A stretch of 64,000 nucleotides of DNA from Pristiophorus japonicus (taxonomy: Eukaryota): the NCBI RefSeq assembly GCF_044704955.1, contig NC_091991.1, positions 18,290,001 to 18,354,000 of the forward strand. The letters run 5' to 3'. This document shows, piece by piece, positions 25,754 through 38,852 of this stretch. Numbering within the stretch: position 1 is the first letter of the stretch; each line of letters begins with the position of its first letter. Below the pieces are notes generated by a model, which made no database searches, had not been told where the DNA came from, and saw only the letters and a program-made list of their open reading frames with translations. A program made the position numbers and the translations under genes.

Positions 25754-25828
25754 GCCACCTTGGACAATGACTGGATAACGCTGGATCCTCAGACTCTCCA
25801 GATCGTAAACCATCATCAGCAACCAAAG
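25754..25828 (+). CDS. LRRIQ1: LRRIQ1 coding exon
   Basis: cactcAG|GCC...CCAAAG|GTaatg, 75 bp, phase 0/0. ATLDNDWITLDPQTLQIVNHHQQPK resembles human AALEEEWLALDS...HWPK. Confidence 0.88.
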
Positions 25829-26538
25829 GTAATGTGCTGCATTATAGAAACCTGTTAGTTCCATTTCTGTTTTACAGAACTTTAATAGAACATGACATGA
25901 GATGATGAATCAAGAAATACAAACAATTACTTAAGAATGTCCTGACACCCGCCACCAACAACAGATGGAATTTATCACGTTGCTTTTCTTCCATTTGCTT
26001 AAATAAATTGGTTCTTTATTTTGTTTTTCAGTCCTTTACACTCCAACGGCAAATAAGTGATGCACTACAGCTGTACATTTGGCACAAGATTAGAAAACAA
26101 TGAATAAAAATGTGGTTTGATTAAAAGAAAATGACAGAAGAAATGTTTCAGACAGACGTAGATAACAATTTGAAGAATTGCAATAAACCAAAACTTTGCA
26201 TCCATTCAAACATCTTAATCAGCAGTAATTTGATTTATCTATCTGCTTATCCTTTGCATTTTCTATTTCTTGTATCTGCCATATTGGGGAGGGGAAGGGT
26301 AGGTTGAATTTATCCATATGAAGGAAAGCATTAGTATTGTTGCATTTTTTTCATGTATTTACACATTTAATATTTTAAACCAGTATTGGTTTAACTCTGG
26401 GAGAAAAAAAATGCTAGAATGCATCCAATTGTTGGTGAAACAGTGCTCGTAAACAAATTGCAAACTGAGAGAATAACTCCGAGAAGCAAACCACTTCCAG
26501 TCCTCTCAATAGCTTCTTGTCAGATTACACCACTCGAT

Positions 26539-28567
26539 GGGCCCAAATTTGGCCTTCCGGTGTTTGCGGCGCACTCACGTGAGGTGCGGCAACTTCCCAC
26601 GCTCAAAACGGCGGCAAAAAGATATCCCCATATTCTCCCCGCTCTGTCGACTGTCCTTGTGTTTGGCGCGGCGTGGCAATTCAATTAGGGGGCGGAGCTG
26701 GGGCCCTGCACTCGAAGGGCCGAATGGTCTGCTCCTGTACCTATTTTCTATGTTTCTAAGAGTGCCAGCACACTGGAGGTTTTGCGCATGCGCAGTAGCT
26801 CCTCTGCAGTGTGGGACCCGATGTCCCGCCCCTATCCCAGGCCGAGTGGCGTCACGAGAGAAGTCAGCAGTCCCTCGGAGGAGAAGTCAACAGTCCTCAG
26901 AGAGAGAAGTCCAGCAGTCTCTCGGGGAGAGAAGTCCACCAGTCCTTCGGAGGAGAAGTCAGCAGTCCCTCGGAGAGAGAAGTCAGCAGTCTCTCGGAGA
27001 AGTCAGCAGTCCCTCGGAGAGAGAAGTCAGCAGTCCCTCGGAGGAGAAGTCAGCAGTCCCTCGGAGAGAGAAGTCAGCAGTCTCTCGGAGAGAGAAGTCA
27101 GCAGTCCCTCGGAGAGAGATGTCAGCAGTCCCTCGGAGGAGAAGTCAGCAGTCCCTCGGAGAGAGAAGTCAGCAGTCCCTTCGAGAGAGAAGTCAGCAGT
27201 CCCTCGGAGAGAGAAATCAGCAGTCCCTCGGAGAGAGAAATCAGCAGTCCCTCGGAGAGAGAAATCAGCAGCCTCTCGGAGGAGAAGTCAGCAGTCCCTC
27301 GGAGAGAGAAGTCAGCAGTCCTTCGGAGAGAGAAGTCAGCAGTCCCTCGGAGAGAGAAGTCAGCAGTCTCTCGGAGAAGTCAGCAGTCCCTCGGAGGAGA
27401 AGTCAGCAGTCCCTCGGAGGAGAAGTCAGCAGTCCCTCGGAGGAGAAGTCCGCAGTCCCTCGGCGAAGTCAGCAGTCCCTCGGAGTGAGAAGTCCACCAG
27501 TCCCTCGGAGGAGAAGTCAGCAGTCCCTCGGAGGAGAAGTCAGCAGTCCCTCGGAGAGAGAAGTCAGCAGTCCCTCGGAGAGAGAAGTCAGCAGTCCCTC
27601 GGAGAGAGAAGTCCACCAGTCCCTTGGAGGAGAAGTCAGTAGTCCCTCGGAGGAGAAATCAGCAGTCCCTCGGAGAGAGAAGTCAGAAGTCTCTCGGAGG
27701 AGAAGTCAGCAGTCCCTCGGAGAAGTCAGCAGTCCCTCGGAGAGAGAAATCAGCAGTCCCTCGGAGAGAGAAGTCAGCAGTCCCTCGGAGGAGAAATCAG
27801 CAGTCCCTCGGAGGAGAAGTCAGCAGTCCCTCGGAGAGAGAAGTCAGCAGTCCCTCGGAGGAGAAGTCAGCAGTCCCTCGGAGGAGAAGTCCAGCAGTCC
27901 CTCGGAGAAGAAGTCCACTAGTCCCTCGGAGGAGAAGTCCACCAATCCCTTGGAGTTGACTCCTGCAGCCTCCGTGTACTGTGAGCCCAGCTTGCTGTGT
28001 GTTGTGTGTGGCCAGTTCCCAGCGCTCTCTCTCCCGCCCGGGCATCCCACCCACCTGCACATATCCCCAATAGAGTGGCCTCTCGCATCGGTAGGTCCAC
28101 TGACTTCCCGGCCGAGTTATGAAGGTAGGACTTAAGTTTTTTTTAAATGTATTTATTTTTTGTGGTTTTTATGCTTCTTGAATGTTGTTGTGAAGGTGTT
28201 TAGTGCTTTGCAAGGTCTTCTCCGCTTCCCTCCCCCACCCCCCCTCCCCCGGTCCCATCTCTGGCTACTTGCGCTGATTTCTTAACTCTCTGCAAGGGTT
28301 TTTTGTGCGGCCACAAGTGACCATCTACGCTGGCCTAAGTTAGTTTGGAGCAACTATTCGCATGTCCAAACTGGCTGAAATGGCCAAAACAGGCGTAGGT
28401 GGCTGGTAATACTCTCTTTTGTAAAAAGAACAAAACTAAAAAAGATCCTAACTAACTCACTTACACTGGCGCAAATTAAATGTGCAGAATGGGTAATTTT
28501 TAAGATACTCCAGAAAAATCAAGTTGCTCCAAAAAAAACGGAGCAACTCCTGGGCAAATTTGGGCCT
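26539..28567. mobile_element. Non-autonomous Harbinger-like DNA transposon
   Basis: TIRs GGGCCCAAATTT / AAATTTGGGCCT and 3-bp TSD GAT. Contains a CR1 tail fragment (~26710-26758) and a minisatellite. Confidence 0.85.
26858..27952 (+). repeat. Minisatellite with 20-24 bp variable unit AGAAGTCAGCAGTCCCTCGG(AG/AGG/AGAG)
   Basis: About 45-50 tandem copies seen directly. They produce spurious S/E/R-rich ORFs in all three + frames. Confidence 0.95.
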
Positions 28568-29297
28568 GATAATGGGCTTGGAATTCCACCAAAATGTATG
28601 AGTGCTGCAGTGAGGGTGGAATGTACTGCACAAAATATTGGTCTGGCAATGTGCTCCAAAGATAGCATTGCCTGAAGATACTAGAAAGTCAGTAAAGATT
28701 TATCAACTCACATTTTCTTCATTTCTAAGAGGTTCTCTCAAACACCAGGACTGCTGATTGTTTTACTTTTTTAGTAATTTTGCTTTGTGTTTGGGTTTTT
28801 ACTGCAATCCTTTCCTAACTGAAAGGAATCTGGAGTTACACTGGCACTTGTGACTGATGGTGATCCTGGCTGTAAGTCAGTTAAAGCTCTCTTGCATGCA
28901 ATAACTAACACACAGATTTTTTTGAGTGCATTTTTGTGTTTAAATTGTCATTGATTTCTTTCTTTGCTCCCAGTTTCTCTGTGACCTCATTTCTCTATTT
29001 CATTATTCTTACACTTGGCAATTTGTACATTTAAAAAATGTTCGGTAAAGAAAGTTAGTTGAGACTCAGAAAGTGTGCTAGTGATCAAAATCCTCTTAAT
29101 TAAACAGAAAACTGGCAACTTTTCATTCCATAGAGAGGAATTCCCTAAAAATTGATTGTTTCTTCTTTAAAATAGACCATTTTCAGCCTCCAGACCAATT
29201 TCAAATTTGCGAAGAGAATGAGTGCTTATCCTGAACTTTGTGTGTCTTTGCATGCTGTGTTTTTTTCTGCTTCTTAGAATGATCTTATAGAGATAGA

Positions 29298-29656
29298 CAA
29301 GGTGAAGCTCCCTTATCCAGAACTCCTTTATCCAGAACCACCCCTCGTTCGGAACCATTCCTGGCCATCGGGTGGCTCATGCGCAGAACTCCGACATGAA
29401 CAAATTCCTCACTGCCGACTTCCACAATCGCTGACCTGATCCCGTGATCCACCCACCCACCCCCACTCCCCCCCCCCCCCCCCCCCCCCCCTGCCAGTGA
29501 TCTCTGTGCCGCACTCCCAGCCCCAAGCCAGCCTCTGATATCCCCTTGCTTAGTACCTGTATCATCCAGTTTAACGTGACCACCCTTCGTCCAGAAAAAT
29601 CCCATATCTGGAACAGGCCAGCTCTCAAAGGTTCCGGATAAGGGAGGCTCAACCTG
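29298..29656. mobile_element. Tc1/mariner-pogo (Tigger-like) MITE
   Basis: Inverted ends CAAGGTGAAGCTCCCTTATCCAGAAC / GTTCCGGATAAGGGAGGCTCAACCTG, followed by TA. Confidence 0.7.
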
Positions 29657-30151
29657 TACGACATAATTAAGGGTATGCAAAAGGTAAATCTGGATTGTTC
29701 AAATTAGTAAAAGGTAAGTTTAGGACTAATATCAGGAAATACTTCTTCAAGTGAAGAGTGATCTGGATAGAGTTGTGGAGGTGAAAATGCTGGAATCATT
29801 AAAAAAAACAATTGAATGCTGCATTGGGACAATTTGGATATCTTTTGGATAGTTAAATTAAGTTGGAATGAATGGTCTTCCTTATCCATACTTGTCGTTT
29901 GATCTTGTGAACAGTTCGGAATAACCTGCTCTGAAACATTTCCCAATGGTGAGCTAAGTGTGTAAAAATGAATTATGCAGCAACAAGACAAGTTTAGAAG
30001 CAGAACTTGTCACTATCCTCTACTTACCAACCTGTTGAAATTATTTTTGCCAGAAAGAATGCCCATGCCATAATTTGTTACATCATGCCTTAAAATGCAG
30101 TGTATTGTTGTTGTTTCCTCAATATCAAGCTGTATTAAAAATGTTTTCCAG

Positions 30152-30294
30152 ACTCCTGCTCATTGTACTACTGATTCATTTGGTTTACCAAGGCATGTGC
30201 AGCAAGCATGGCAAGGTGATGATATCAATACTGTTGAGAAATCTGAATATCCACCCTCTTCACCAGCAATTACCGGTGTTCTGCACTCTGCCAG
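30152..30294 (+). CDS. LRRIQ1: LRRIQ1 coding exon
   Basis: ttttccAG|ACT...GCCAG|GTagaa, 143 bp, phase 0/2. TPAHCTTDSFGLPRHVQQAWQGDD resembles human SFNLPSNPAQAW. Confidence 0.82.
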
Positions 30295-31234
30295 GTAGAA
30301 AATGACTAAATGTTGAACTATAATGATGTTTGTTTTGTTGCAAAATCGCATTATGTGTTCATGGTATTTTTCTAACAAGAGTAAATATTAAAAATTTACA
30401 AAACAAATGAGAATAAATTCTTTGTTCACCTTGAACATGGTAATAGAATCAACAGATGATAAACTGTGATCATGTTCATGTATATTGTATCTATATGCCT
30501 TACAGAATACTATTTAACTGTACAGTTAGTATTTTTTGACATAGAATAACAACAGGCCCACAGCATTAAATTAAAAGATCAAGCTGATCATGGCAGCAGA
30601 TCATACTTCTCTTTATTTTCTGAGTGATTTTCTCAATGGTCTTTATTTAATTCTGACTTTCGCAGACAGGTTTCAAAATAAACAGTTTTTACTCAGTAAG
30701 GTGACCATTCATATCGCTGAGATTTGTGTTATCTAGTTTACTCTTGCATGCTTTTCATTTTATTTTTCTTACATCTTACATGTTCAGCCATGAACTCATT
30801 GAATGCTGGTGCAGGCTCGAAGGGCCGAATGGCCTACTTCTGCACCTATTTTCTATGTTTCTATCCAGGAGCTTAATGGTGACTCTAGTACCTCAGGTTT
30901 TCCAAATGTGACAATATGCATTATTTTTTGCTGTATAACCGTATTTGCTCATGTTTTTTAGCTGTATGGCAGAAATACAGCTCAAAAACTTAGCTGCAGT
31001 GATCTAGTTAAATAGAATATCAATTATGCTGGTTGCCTATATGATACATTGTGCAATCTTCCTGGTTCTGGTGGACCTGAAATCATGAATTACACAAAAA
31101 ATGTTCATGAACATAAGATATATCATTTGATTGCAATATTAAGATGGATAAAATACCAATAATACTGCAATTGGAATAATATGATGCAGCTGTGGGGGTG
31201 AGAGAGAGGAACTTGTTTTAGACAAATTTATTCA

Positions 31235-31955
31235 CTTTGGTAGGAAGAATAGAAATATTTTTAAAATGGTGAGAAACTATTAAATGTTGGTGCTTAGAGA
31301 GATTTAGGTATCCTCGTGCACGAAACACAAAGTTAGAATGCAGGTACTGCAAGTAATTAGGAAGACAAATGGTATGTTGGCCTTTATGGCAAGGGGGTTG
31401 GAGTACAAGAGTAAGGAAGTCTCACTAGAATTGTACAGGGCTTTGTTGAGACCATACCTGGAGTACTGTGCACAGCCTTGGTCTCCTTATCTGTGGTCTT
31501 GGAGGTGGTGGAACGAAGAAGGTTCACTAGATTGATCCCTCGGATGAGCGGGTTGCCCTATGAGGAGAGATTGAGCAGATTGGGCCTATACTATCGAGTT
31601 CAGAAGAATGAGAGGTGATCTCATTGAAACATACAAGATACTGAGGGGGATTGATAGGGTAGATACTGAGTGGTTGTTTGCCCTCTCAGGATAAACGGTT
31701 GGCCATTTGAGACTGAGATAATGAGAAATGTCTTCACTCAGAGGGTTGTAAATCTTTGGAAACCGTGGATGCTGAGTCATTGGGCATATTTAAGGCTGAG
31801 ATAGGTAGAGTTTTGGATTCTAGGGGAATCAATGGATATGCGGATTGGGTGGGAAAGTGGTTGCGATCGAAGATCAGCCATTATCTTATTGAATGGTGGA
31901 GCAGGCTTGAAGGGCCGTATGGCCGATTCCTGCTCCTAATTCTTATGTTCTTATA
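31235..31955 (+). mobile_element. Degraded CR1 3' fragment
   Basis: GMLAFMARGLEYKSKEV..LYRALLRPYLEYC and a CR1 tail. Confidence 0.8.
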
Positions 31956-32754
31956 ATCTCAACAAAAAAAGACATCTTCACCACACAATTTGTCCATTAA
32001 CATCTTGACTGGACAATTTGGTGTGAAAGGACAGGGTTTTTCCCCACACAGAATATTATCAGTGGCTATTGAGGCAGAGACTATAACAAGTTAAAATGGA
32101 ATGATATAAGTATTTGAAAATGAAGAATAGAAAAACATGCAGGGAATAAGTAGAGAAATGGTAATAGAGTAGATGGGGCCGACTATCACTTGTTTCATCT
32201 GGTATTAACAGGACTATACTGGCCTCAACATGGGGTGGTAGCCTCACTGCTCCATTAACACAGAGAAAGAGGCTGGCGCCATTTTGAAAGGGGTCTACTG
32301 CTGGGCACCTGAAGCACCTGCCTGTTTCAGATAGTAAGCACATTTTAACATGCAAATTGGGGTCCTAGGAAGCTACATTACTATTTTTGATTGGAAACCG
32401 TGGGAGTTTGCGCTGTGTACATTCCGATCATTTTCATGGGCAAGGGAAGAGAAGAGGCCTAATCAGGGTAAATTTGATACTTTTGTGAAAGGTCCAGAGG
32501 AGCAGGAATGCTCCTCTGGACCCTACAAAAATAATCTAGGTCATCAGGAGCTCCCCATCTCCCACCTTAACCTTGATAGAGGCTGAGGCAGCCCGATACT
32601 GGCTAGCCTTAATCCGGTGAGCTGCATTTGATGCCCCACAGCTTGCTGGCCCGATTTAAATGAGGCCGGTAGCTGTCTCTTCACTGTGGTAGGCGGGATA
32701 CCGGCCGGCATCCTCCACTGGTTGTTCGCCCAAAAGTCAAACTGGACCCCAATA

Positions 32755-33048
32755 GTTCCAAATGTAGGCCATACGACCCCTTGAGCCTGCTCCGCCATTT
32801 AATATGATCATGGACTCAGGTCCACTTCCCTGCCTGCTCCCCATAACCCCTTATTCCCTTATTGGTTAAGAAACTGTATCTCTCGGTCTTAAATTTATTC
32901 AATGTCCCAGTTTCTACCAGCTCTCTGAGGCAGTGAATTTCACAGATTTAAAACCCTCTGAGAGAAGAAATTCCTCATCAACTCAGTTTTAAATGGGCGG
33001 TCCCTTATTCTAAGATTATGCCCCCTAGTTCTAGTCTCTCCTATCAGT
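32755..33048 (-). mobile_element. CR1 3' end
   Basis: Reverse complement of ETRTRGHNLRIR...RNFFSQRV and the 3'UTR. Confidence 0.7.
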
Positions 33049-33302
33049 AGCACAGACATAATAGTTTCCTTCTGTGCTGTAATTACTATGATTCTGTGAG
33101 TAGATTAAAGCCAACATGTTGAGCATTCCAGTCAAGAGTGTTACAGCCGTCATGTCTTAATATCAATCAGCTTCATTCACGCCCGGCAAGAAACATAAAA
33201 GGACAGCTTTAAGATCTATCTCGAGACTGGTAAAGGTAACCTTTGATCTTGATGCTGAATTGGTTGTGATTTCAATGTAACACCTATGATTCAAGACAAT
33301 AT

Positions 33303-34898
33303 GGGCCTGAAATTCAGCATCGCTGGAAAGTTGGTGCTCCCCTCACCTTTTTGTGGCCATTAGCACCGAAATATTTGAGTGGCTGTGCCACCCGATATTC
33401 AGCTCCAAAAGTGAACAAATGGGTTCCAGCGCTAATGAACCCTTCCAAAGTGGATTTTTCAGCGTTGTGGCTGTCTTAATGTGAGCGTTATCACCACTGA
33501 GAAATTCAGCATGCAGGAAAGGGTTTCTAATGAGCCAGCTGCTCCCTGGCATTTTTAAAGGCCAGGGATTGCAGCAAGGCCCTGAGGGGGGAAGGAGGTT
33601 GGCAGAGTAGCTGGTGTAAGAGGTGCAAGGAGAGCCAAAAGGTTCACTGATATGGAGATGGAGACACTGATGGACAGTGTGGAGGACATGTCCTGAAGTG
33701 GGGAGACCTGTCAGACAGGCAGTACATAAAAGATTGCAGGGGAGGTGTCAGGCACTCTATATATGTGAGGATGCACCCTCCCAGGAGGATGCTGGCCAGT
33801 CAGCACCCGGCCCTTCCAGGGTGGCGATGGGCTGTGCCTCCTAACTCTAGGGCGACGGAGATCCTCCTGTGCCTCCTCCTCCTCAGGTGGTACTGCTGGC
33901 TCGACCTCCAGCGGCTGTCCCCTCATGACGGCAAGGTTGTGCAGCATGCAGCAGACCACAACGATTATGGAGACCTGTTGAGAGTACTGCAAGGTGCCAC
34001 CAGAGTGATCCAGGCACCAGAATCTCTGCTTAAGGATGTCTATTCACTGCTCGATGATGCACCTGGTGGCACAATGATCGTCATTGTATGCATGCTCTGG
34101 CGCCGTCCTGGGGTTCCGCAGAGAAGTGATCAGCCAAGAGGACAGGGGATATCCCTTGTCCCCAAGCAGCCAATCGCAATCCTGATTCGGGTCAGTGAAG
34201 ACAGTGGGCACATTGGTCTGGCGCAGAATGAACGAATCATGGCTGCTGCCTCCCTTGCCCGCTGCCTGTCTGCACGGTGCTGACGGCAACACCTTCTCCT
34301 GTGTGCCGCCCGGCTTCTGACCAGGTGTACCAGGTGTTGCCCTCTGCAGCCCACAGGACTGCAGTAAAGAGACAGACAGGGGTATGTGCAAACCTCTGAG
34401 CAGCACTCAGCAGCTTTAATGGAGCCAAAACAATTAATAAAACTATATGAAAAGATAAATACTGCGGATGCTGGAAAATGAAATAAAAACAGTAATAATT
34501 AATAAAATTATATCAAAAGGTAAATACTGCGGATGCTGGAAAATGAAATAAAAACACTAAAGTAATGAAACTTTTTACCTAGCAAAGGGCCCCAGCGGAC
34601 ATCGGAAACCTCGCGGGGGCACTGCCGGGAAAAGTCCTACCTTTTCCTCGGTGAATTTTGCTGTCCTGGTGGCTTTTCAGCAGCCCGCACGCTGCCGAAC
34701 TCACCGCTGGAAACTTACATTTACAGTGGCTTCACCGCGCCATTTCTGGCGGAAGTGAACACCGCTCAAATCCTCCTCGAGCTGAATAGGATTCGGGGAG
34801 GGAAAAGTACCCGACCGCTGCGGCCGATTGATTTTTTTTCGATCGACCGGCCAAACTTAGAGGTAGCCGTCCCTTCGGGGACGGTGAATTTCGGGCCC
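33303..34898. mobile_element. Internally deleted PIF/Harbinger transposon (transposase and Myb/SANT remnants)
   Basis: TIRs GGGCCTGAAATTC / GAATTTCGGGCCC with TSD TAT. Minus-strand HARBI1-like GSSHDSFIL..WLLGDKGYPL..IIEQ..CCMLHNL at 33900-34255, and plus-strand Myb-like RAKRFTDMEMETLMDSV at ~33630. Confidence 0.9.
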
Positions 34899-35105
34899 TA
34901 TCACTCCTCAGCATTCAAATAACATTAATAAATAATCAGCACTTTGCTCCTGTGAGCTGCATCCCTCCTTCCCCCAGACCCCCTGTTCCCAATTGAAGCA
35001 CAGTTCTACCTATTTGTTATTTTAATGTACAGTATCTGCTGAACAATAATGCTTTTTTAACAGGGTCAGAAATGGGAATTGTTTTTGTGTTATTCTGTCA
35101 CATAG

Positions 35106-35192
35106 CAGGACTGTGTCAAGGATCTCTGAGGTTACATCTTGTGGTAAACAAAGTTTCAGGTCAGAGAAAGAAGAAAAAATCTCTCTAGAATG
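35106..35192 (+). CDS. LRRIQ1: LRRIQ1 coding exon (tandem acceptor, alternative start 35109)
   Basis: caTAG|CAG|G acceptors and donor GAATG|GTaagc, phase 2/2. RTVSRISEVTSCGKQSFRSEKEEKISLEW matches human SEKEKKISEEW. Confidence 0.88.
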
Positions 35193-35321
35193 GTAAGCAC
35201 AACTTATTAATTTATGAAGCTAATTTTTCACTAATTGAATAACTAAAATAAATAACATTTCTTCCTTAGTACTTAATGCCATATTTATCAAAAAATGGAT
35301 CTCCTTAAAACTCCCAATTTA

Positions 35322-36785
35322 CATAGGATACGTAGGATATACAGCACAGAAACAGGCCATTTGGCCTAACCAGTCCATGCCGACATTTATGCTCCATTCG
35401 AGCCTCCTCCTGTCTTTCCTCTATCAATGTCACCCTCTAATCCCTTCTCTCTCATGTTTGTCCAGCCTCCCCTTAAATGCATCTATGCTATTCGCTTCAA
35501 CCTCTCCCTGTGGTCGCGAGTTCCACATTCTCACCACTCTGGGTAAAGAAGTTTCTTCTGAATTCCCTATTGGATTTCTTGGTAACTATCTTATATTGAT
35601 GGCCTCTAGTTGTGCTTTTCCCCACAAGTGGAAACATTCTCTCCATATCCACTCTATCGAAACCTTTCATAATTTTAAAGACCTCTATTAGGGTCACCCC
35701 TCAGGCTCCTTTTTTCAAGAGAAAAGAGACTCAGCCTGTTCATCCTTTCCTGATATGTATACCCTCGCATTTCTGGTATCATCCTTGTAAATCTTTTCTG
35801 CACCCTCTCCAGTGCCTCTATATCCTTTTTATAATATGGTGACCAGAACTGTACGCAGTGCTCTAAGTATAGTCTAACCAAGGTTCGATACAGGTTTAGC
35901 ATAACTTCCTTACTTTTCAAATCTGTCCGTCTAGAAATAAACCCGAGTGCTTGGTTTGCTTTTTTTATGTCCTTGCTAATCTGTAGCACAACTTTTAATG
36001 ATTTGTGTATTTGTACTCCGAGATCCCTTTTGTTCCTCTACCCCACCTAGACTTGTAGTAAGTGACCTCCCTATTCTTCCTACCGAAATGTACTACCTCA
36101 CATTTATCTATGTTGAACTTCATTTGCCAATTATTTGCCCATTCTGCAAGTTTATTAATGTCCTCCTGTAATTTGTCGCAGTCCTCCTCAGTATTGACTA
36201 TCTCCCCAATTTGATGTCATCCGCAAATTTAGAAATTGTGCTTTTGATTCCAAAGTCTAAATCGTTAATGTAAATTGTGAACAGCAGTGGTCCCAGCACT
36301 GATCCTTGTGGAACACCACTACCCACTTTCTGCCACTGTGAATAGCTACCCTTAACTCCCACTCTCTGCTTTCTGTCTGGTAGCCAGCTAGCGATCCATT
36401 CTGCTACTTGTCCCCTGACTCCGCATTCTCTGATCTTAGTCATTAGTCTGTTATGGGGTACCTTATCAAATGTCTTTAGAAAATGTAGATAAATTACATC
36501 TACTGAATTACCATTGTCTACTCTCTCTGTTACCTCTTCAAAAATTCAACAATGTTGATCAAGCAAGATTTTTCCTTTTGAAATCCATGTTGACTATTCA
36601 TTATTATATTTTTGGTTTCTAGATGTTCTTCTATTCTCTCCTTTAGTAGGGATTCCATTATTTTTCCTACCACCGCCGTTAAGCTGACTGGTCTATAATT
36701 CCCTGGACATGTTCTATCCCCCTTCTTAAATATAGGTATTATGTTATCTATCCGCCAGTCCTCTGGCAATACACCTTTTTCTAAT
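35322..36785 (-). mobile_element. CR1 LINE fragment
   Basis: [44 protein letters not shown]. Confidence 0.88.
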
Positions 36786-37185
36786 TCAGTGTAACCCCTT
36801 CAACTTAAAAATTAAGTATCTGTCGAGTTACTTCAAAGTTTTGAACACGCCAAGATTATTTTTGAATGTAACATAGTTGTTTATGATATTTGAAAACAAG
36901 ATTTCTTGCACACTTACAACACTGGGCATGGTAAATTAGATTTGGAGGAAAATTATAGAAAAAAATTATATTCTATAAAGTTCCATAATACTTTGAAATA
37001 GCAATAAACTATTTTGTTTTATGTGTTTATGGTCTTAAAATAAATGTAGTTGATGTTCTCACTTGACTTTCTTACTTAAGTATAACTTATTGTGAATTCT
37101 TTCCAGGAAATTGCATTTGCTTACCTTTTACACAGAGCTATGGATTATCTTCAACTATTTGCCTTTTTGTTCTTGTTACTGATAG

Positions 37186-37274
37186 GGGCTTTAAAGATGC
37201 TCACACTGCACAGCTAATGCTGAAACGAGCTCAGAAAATGAAATCCAAGAAAGCAGAGGCTAGAAAATTGCTGG
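37186..37274 (+). CDS. LRRIQ1: LRRIQ1 coding exon
   Basis: ctgatAG|G...CTGG|GTatgt, phase 2/1. (W)GFKDAHTAQLMLKRAQKMKSKKAEARKLL is near-identical to human WGFKDISTAQQMLKRAQKMKSKK. Confidence 0.95.
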
Positions 37275-37654
37275 GTATGTTTATATTCCCCCCTGCAACT
37301 TGGCAGTCATCCAGCAAGGCAGTCTGGAGGGCAAAGAATTGGGTTCCGTTCACGTATTCTTTTTAGATAAAAGTGTTAACTCTTTCATCCACCCATAGTA
37401 CATGAGAGTCTTGAGTCAAATGTGCGCAAGTTTATTGTTTTGACATGTTATGAGCATGTCTTCTATGTGTGATTGTTTTTGTCATAACCATGGGATTGTA
37501 ATTTTGCATGCATGTAAATTCAGGATTATTATTCAAATGCATAATATTTGACAACCTTTGAGGTTCTAAAATTAATTTACTGACATACTTAAAGTTCCAT
37601 CATGAGCTGTGCAATCATGGAACAGACCGACTGCCTCACCACTTAAATGAATAC

Positions 37655-38197
37655 TTACTTAAGGAAGGATATACTAGCTTTGGAGGGGGTACAGAGACGA
37701 TTCACTAGGCTGATTCCGGAGATGAGGGGGTTACCTTATGATGATAGATTGAGTAGACTGGGTCTTTACTCGTTTTGAGTTCAGAAGGATGAGGAGTGAT
37801 CTTATAGAAACATTTAAAATAATGAAAGGGATAGACAAGATAGGAGCAGAGAGGTTGTTTCCACTGGTCGGGGAGACTAGAACTAGGGGGCACAGCCTCA
37901 AAATACGGGGGAGCCAATTTAAAACCGAATTGAGAAGGAATTTCTTCTCCCAGAGGGTTGTGAATCTGTGGAATTCTCTGCCCAAGGAAGCTGTTGAGGC
38001 TAGCTCATTGAATGTATTCAAGTCACGGATAGATAGATTTTTAACCAATAAGGAAATTAAGAGTTAAGGGGACCGGGCGGGTAAGTGGATCTGCGTCCAA
38101 GGCCAGATCAGCCATGATCTTGTTGAATGGCGGAGCAGGCTCGAGGGGCTAGATGGCCTACTCCTATTCCTAATTCTTATGTTCTTATGTTCTTATG
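37655..38197 (+). mobile_element. CR1 3' fragment
   Basis: DLIETFKIMKGIDK...RNFFSQRVVNLWNSLP with a (TTCTTATG)n tail. Confidence 0.88.
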
Positions 38198-38852
38198 AAT
38201 ACACATTTATCTTTTGGGATATCCTCTCGATAACCAAGACCATTTCAACTGAAATTTCATCCCTTATTTGGGGATCCACTGATAATCATGGTTAATGCTC
38301 CTTTGACTTCTACCATGCATAGAACACGCACACGTGATCTGTCTCCTCAGTACAATCGGCTCCATCAATATCAGCTGTCGTGATCCTCAATTCCACATCA
38401 TTCTTGGTCTCATCTGTCACTTTAACAAAAGATTTTTTTTCCCCTTTCAGGTAGGAAGAATTGACAGCTCAAGCAATTCTTAATTCCCAGCCAATCCCCA
38501 CTCCCTCTTTCCCATCACTTTGTTGTGATCCTATCTTTCACTTTAATCTTCTTCCTCGCCAGGTCTTTACCATCTTCTCTGATCTTCCCTTTTCTGACCC
38601 TGAATTATCTGTCCTTAGTTTCATCCCCTTATGCCCAACCACAACAAATTCCAGGCTCAACATGTCACTGAGCTCTTGTTCTGATGCCATTGGTTCCATG
38701 CTGCCTTTTTGGACCAAGAAGCACCCTTCATCCACCTTCTATCACCAGCCTTATTAATCCTACTAGAACCTCCCATCTTGCTTCTTCTCTTAATCTATTC
38801 AAGTTACGCTCTTTTTCCACTAGACTTGTACTTCACCATTCTCTCAGTTCCA

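Noticed and set aside
26537-28135. 532-aa ORF and overlapping 286/225-aa ORFs as a novel repetitive protein
   Set aside because: They are simply the minisatellite read in three frames, inside a TIR/TSD-bounded transposon, with no gene structure.
33711-34406. HARBI1 host gene
   Set aside because: Fragmentary, contains a stop and frameshifts, and is enclosed by TIRs and a TSD. It is a transposon remnant, not the domesticated gene.
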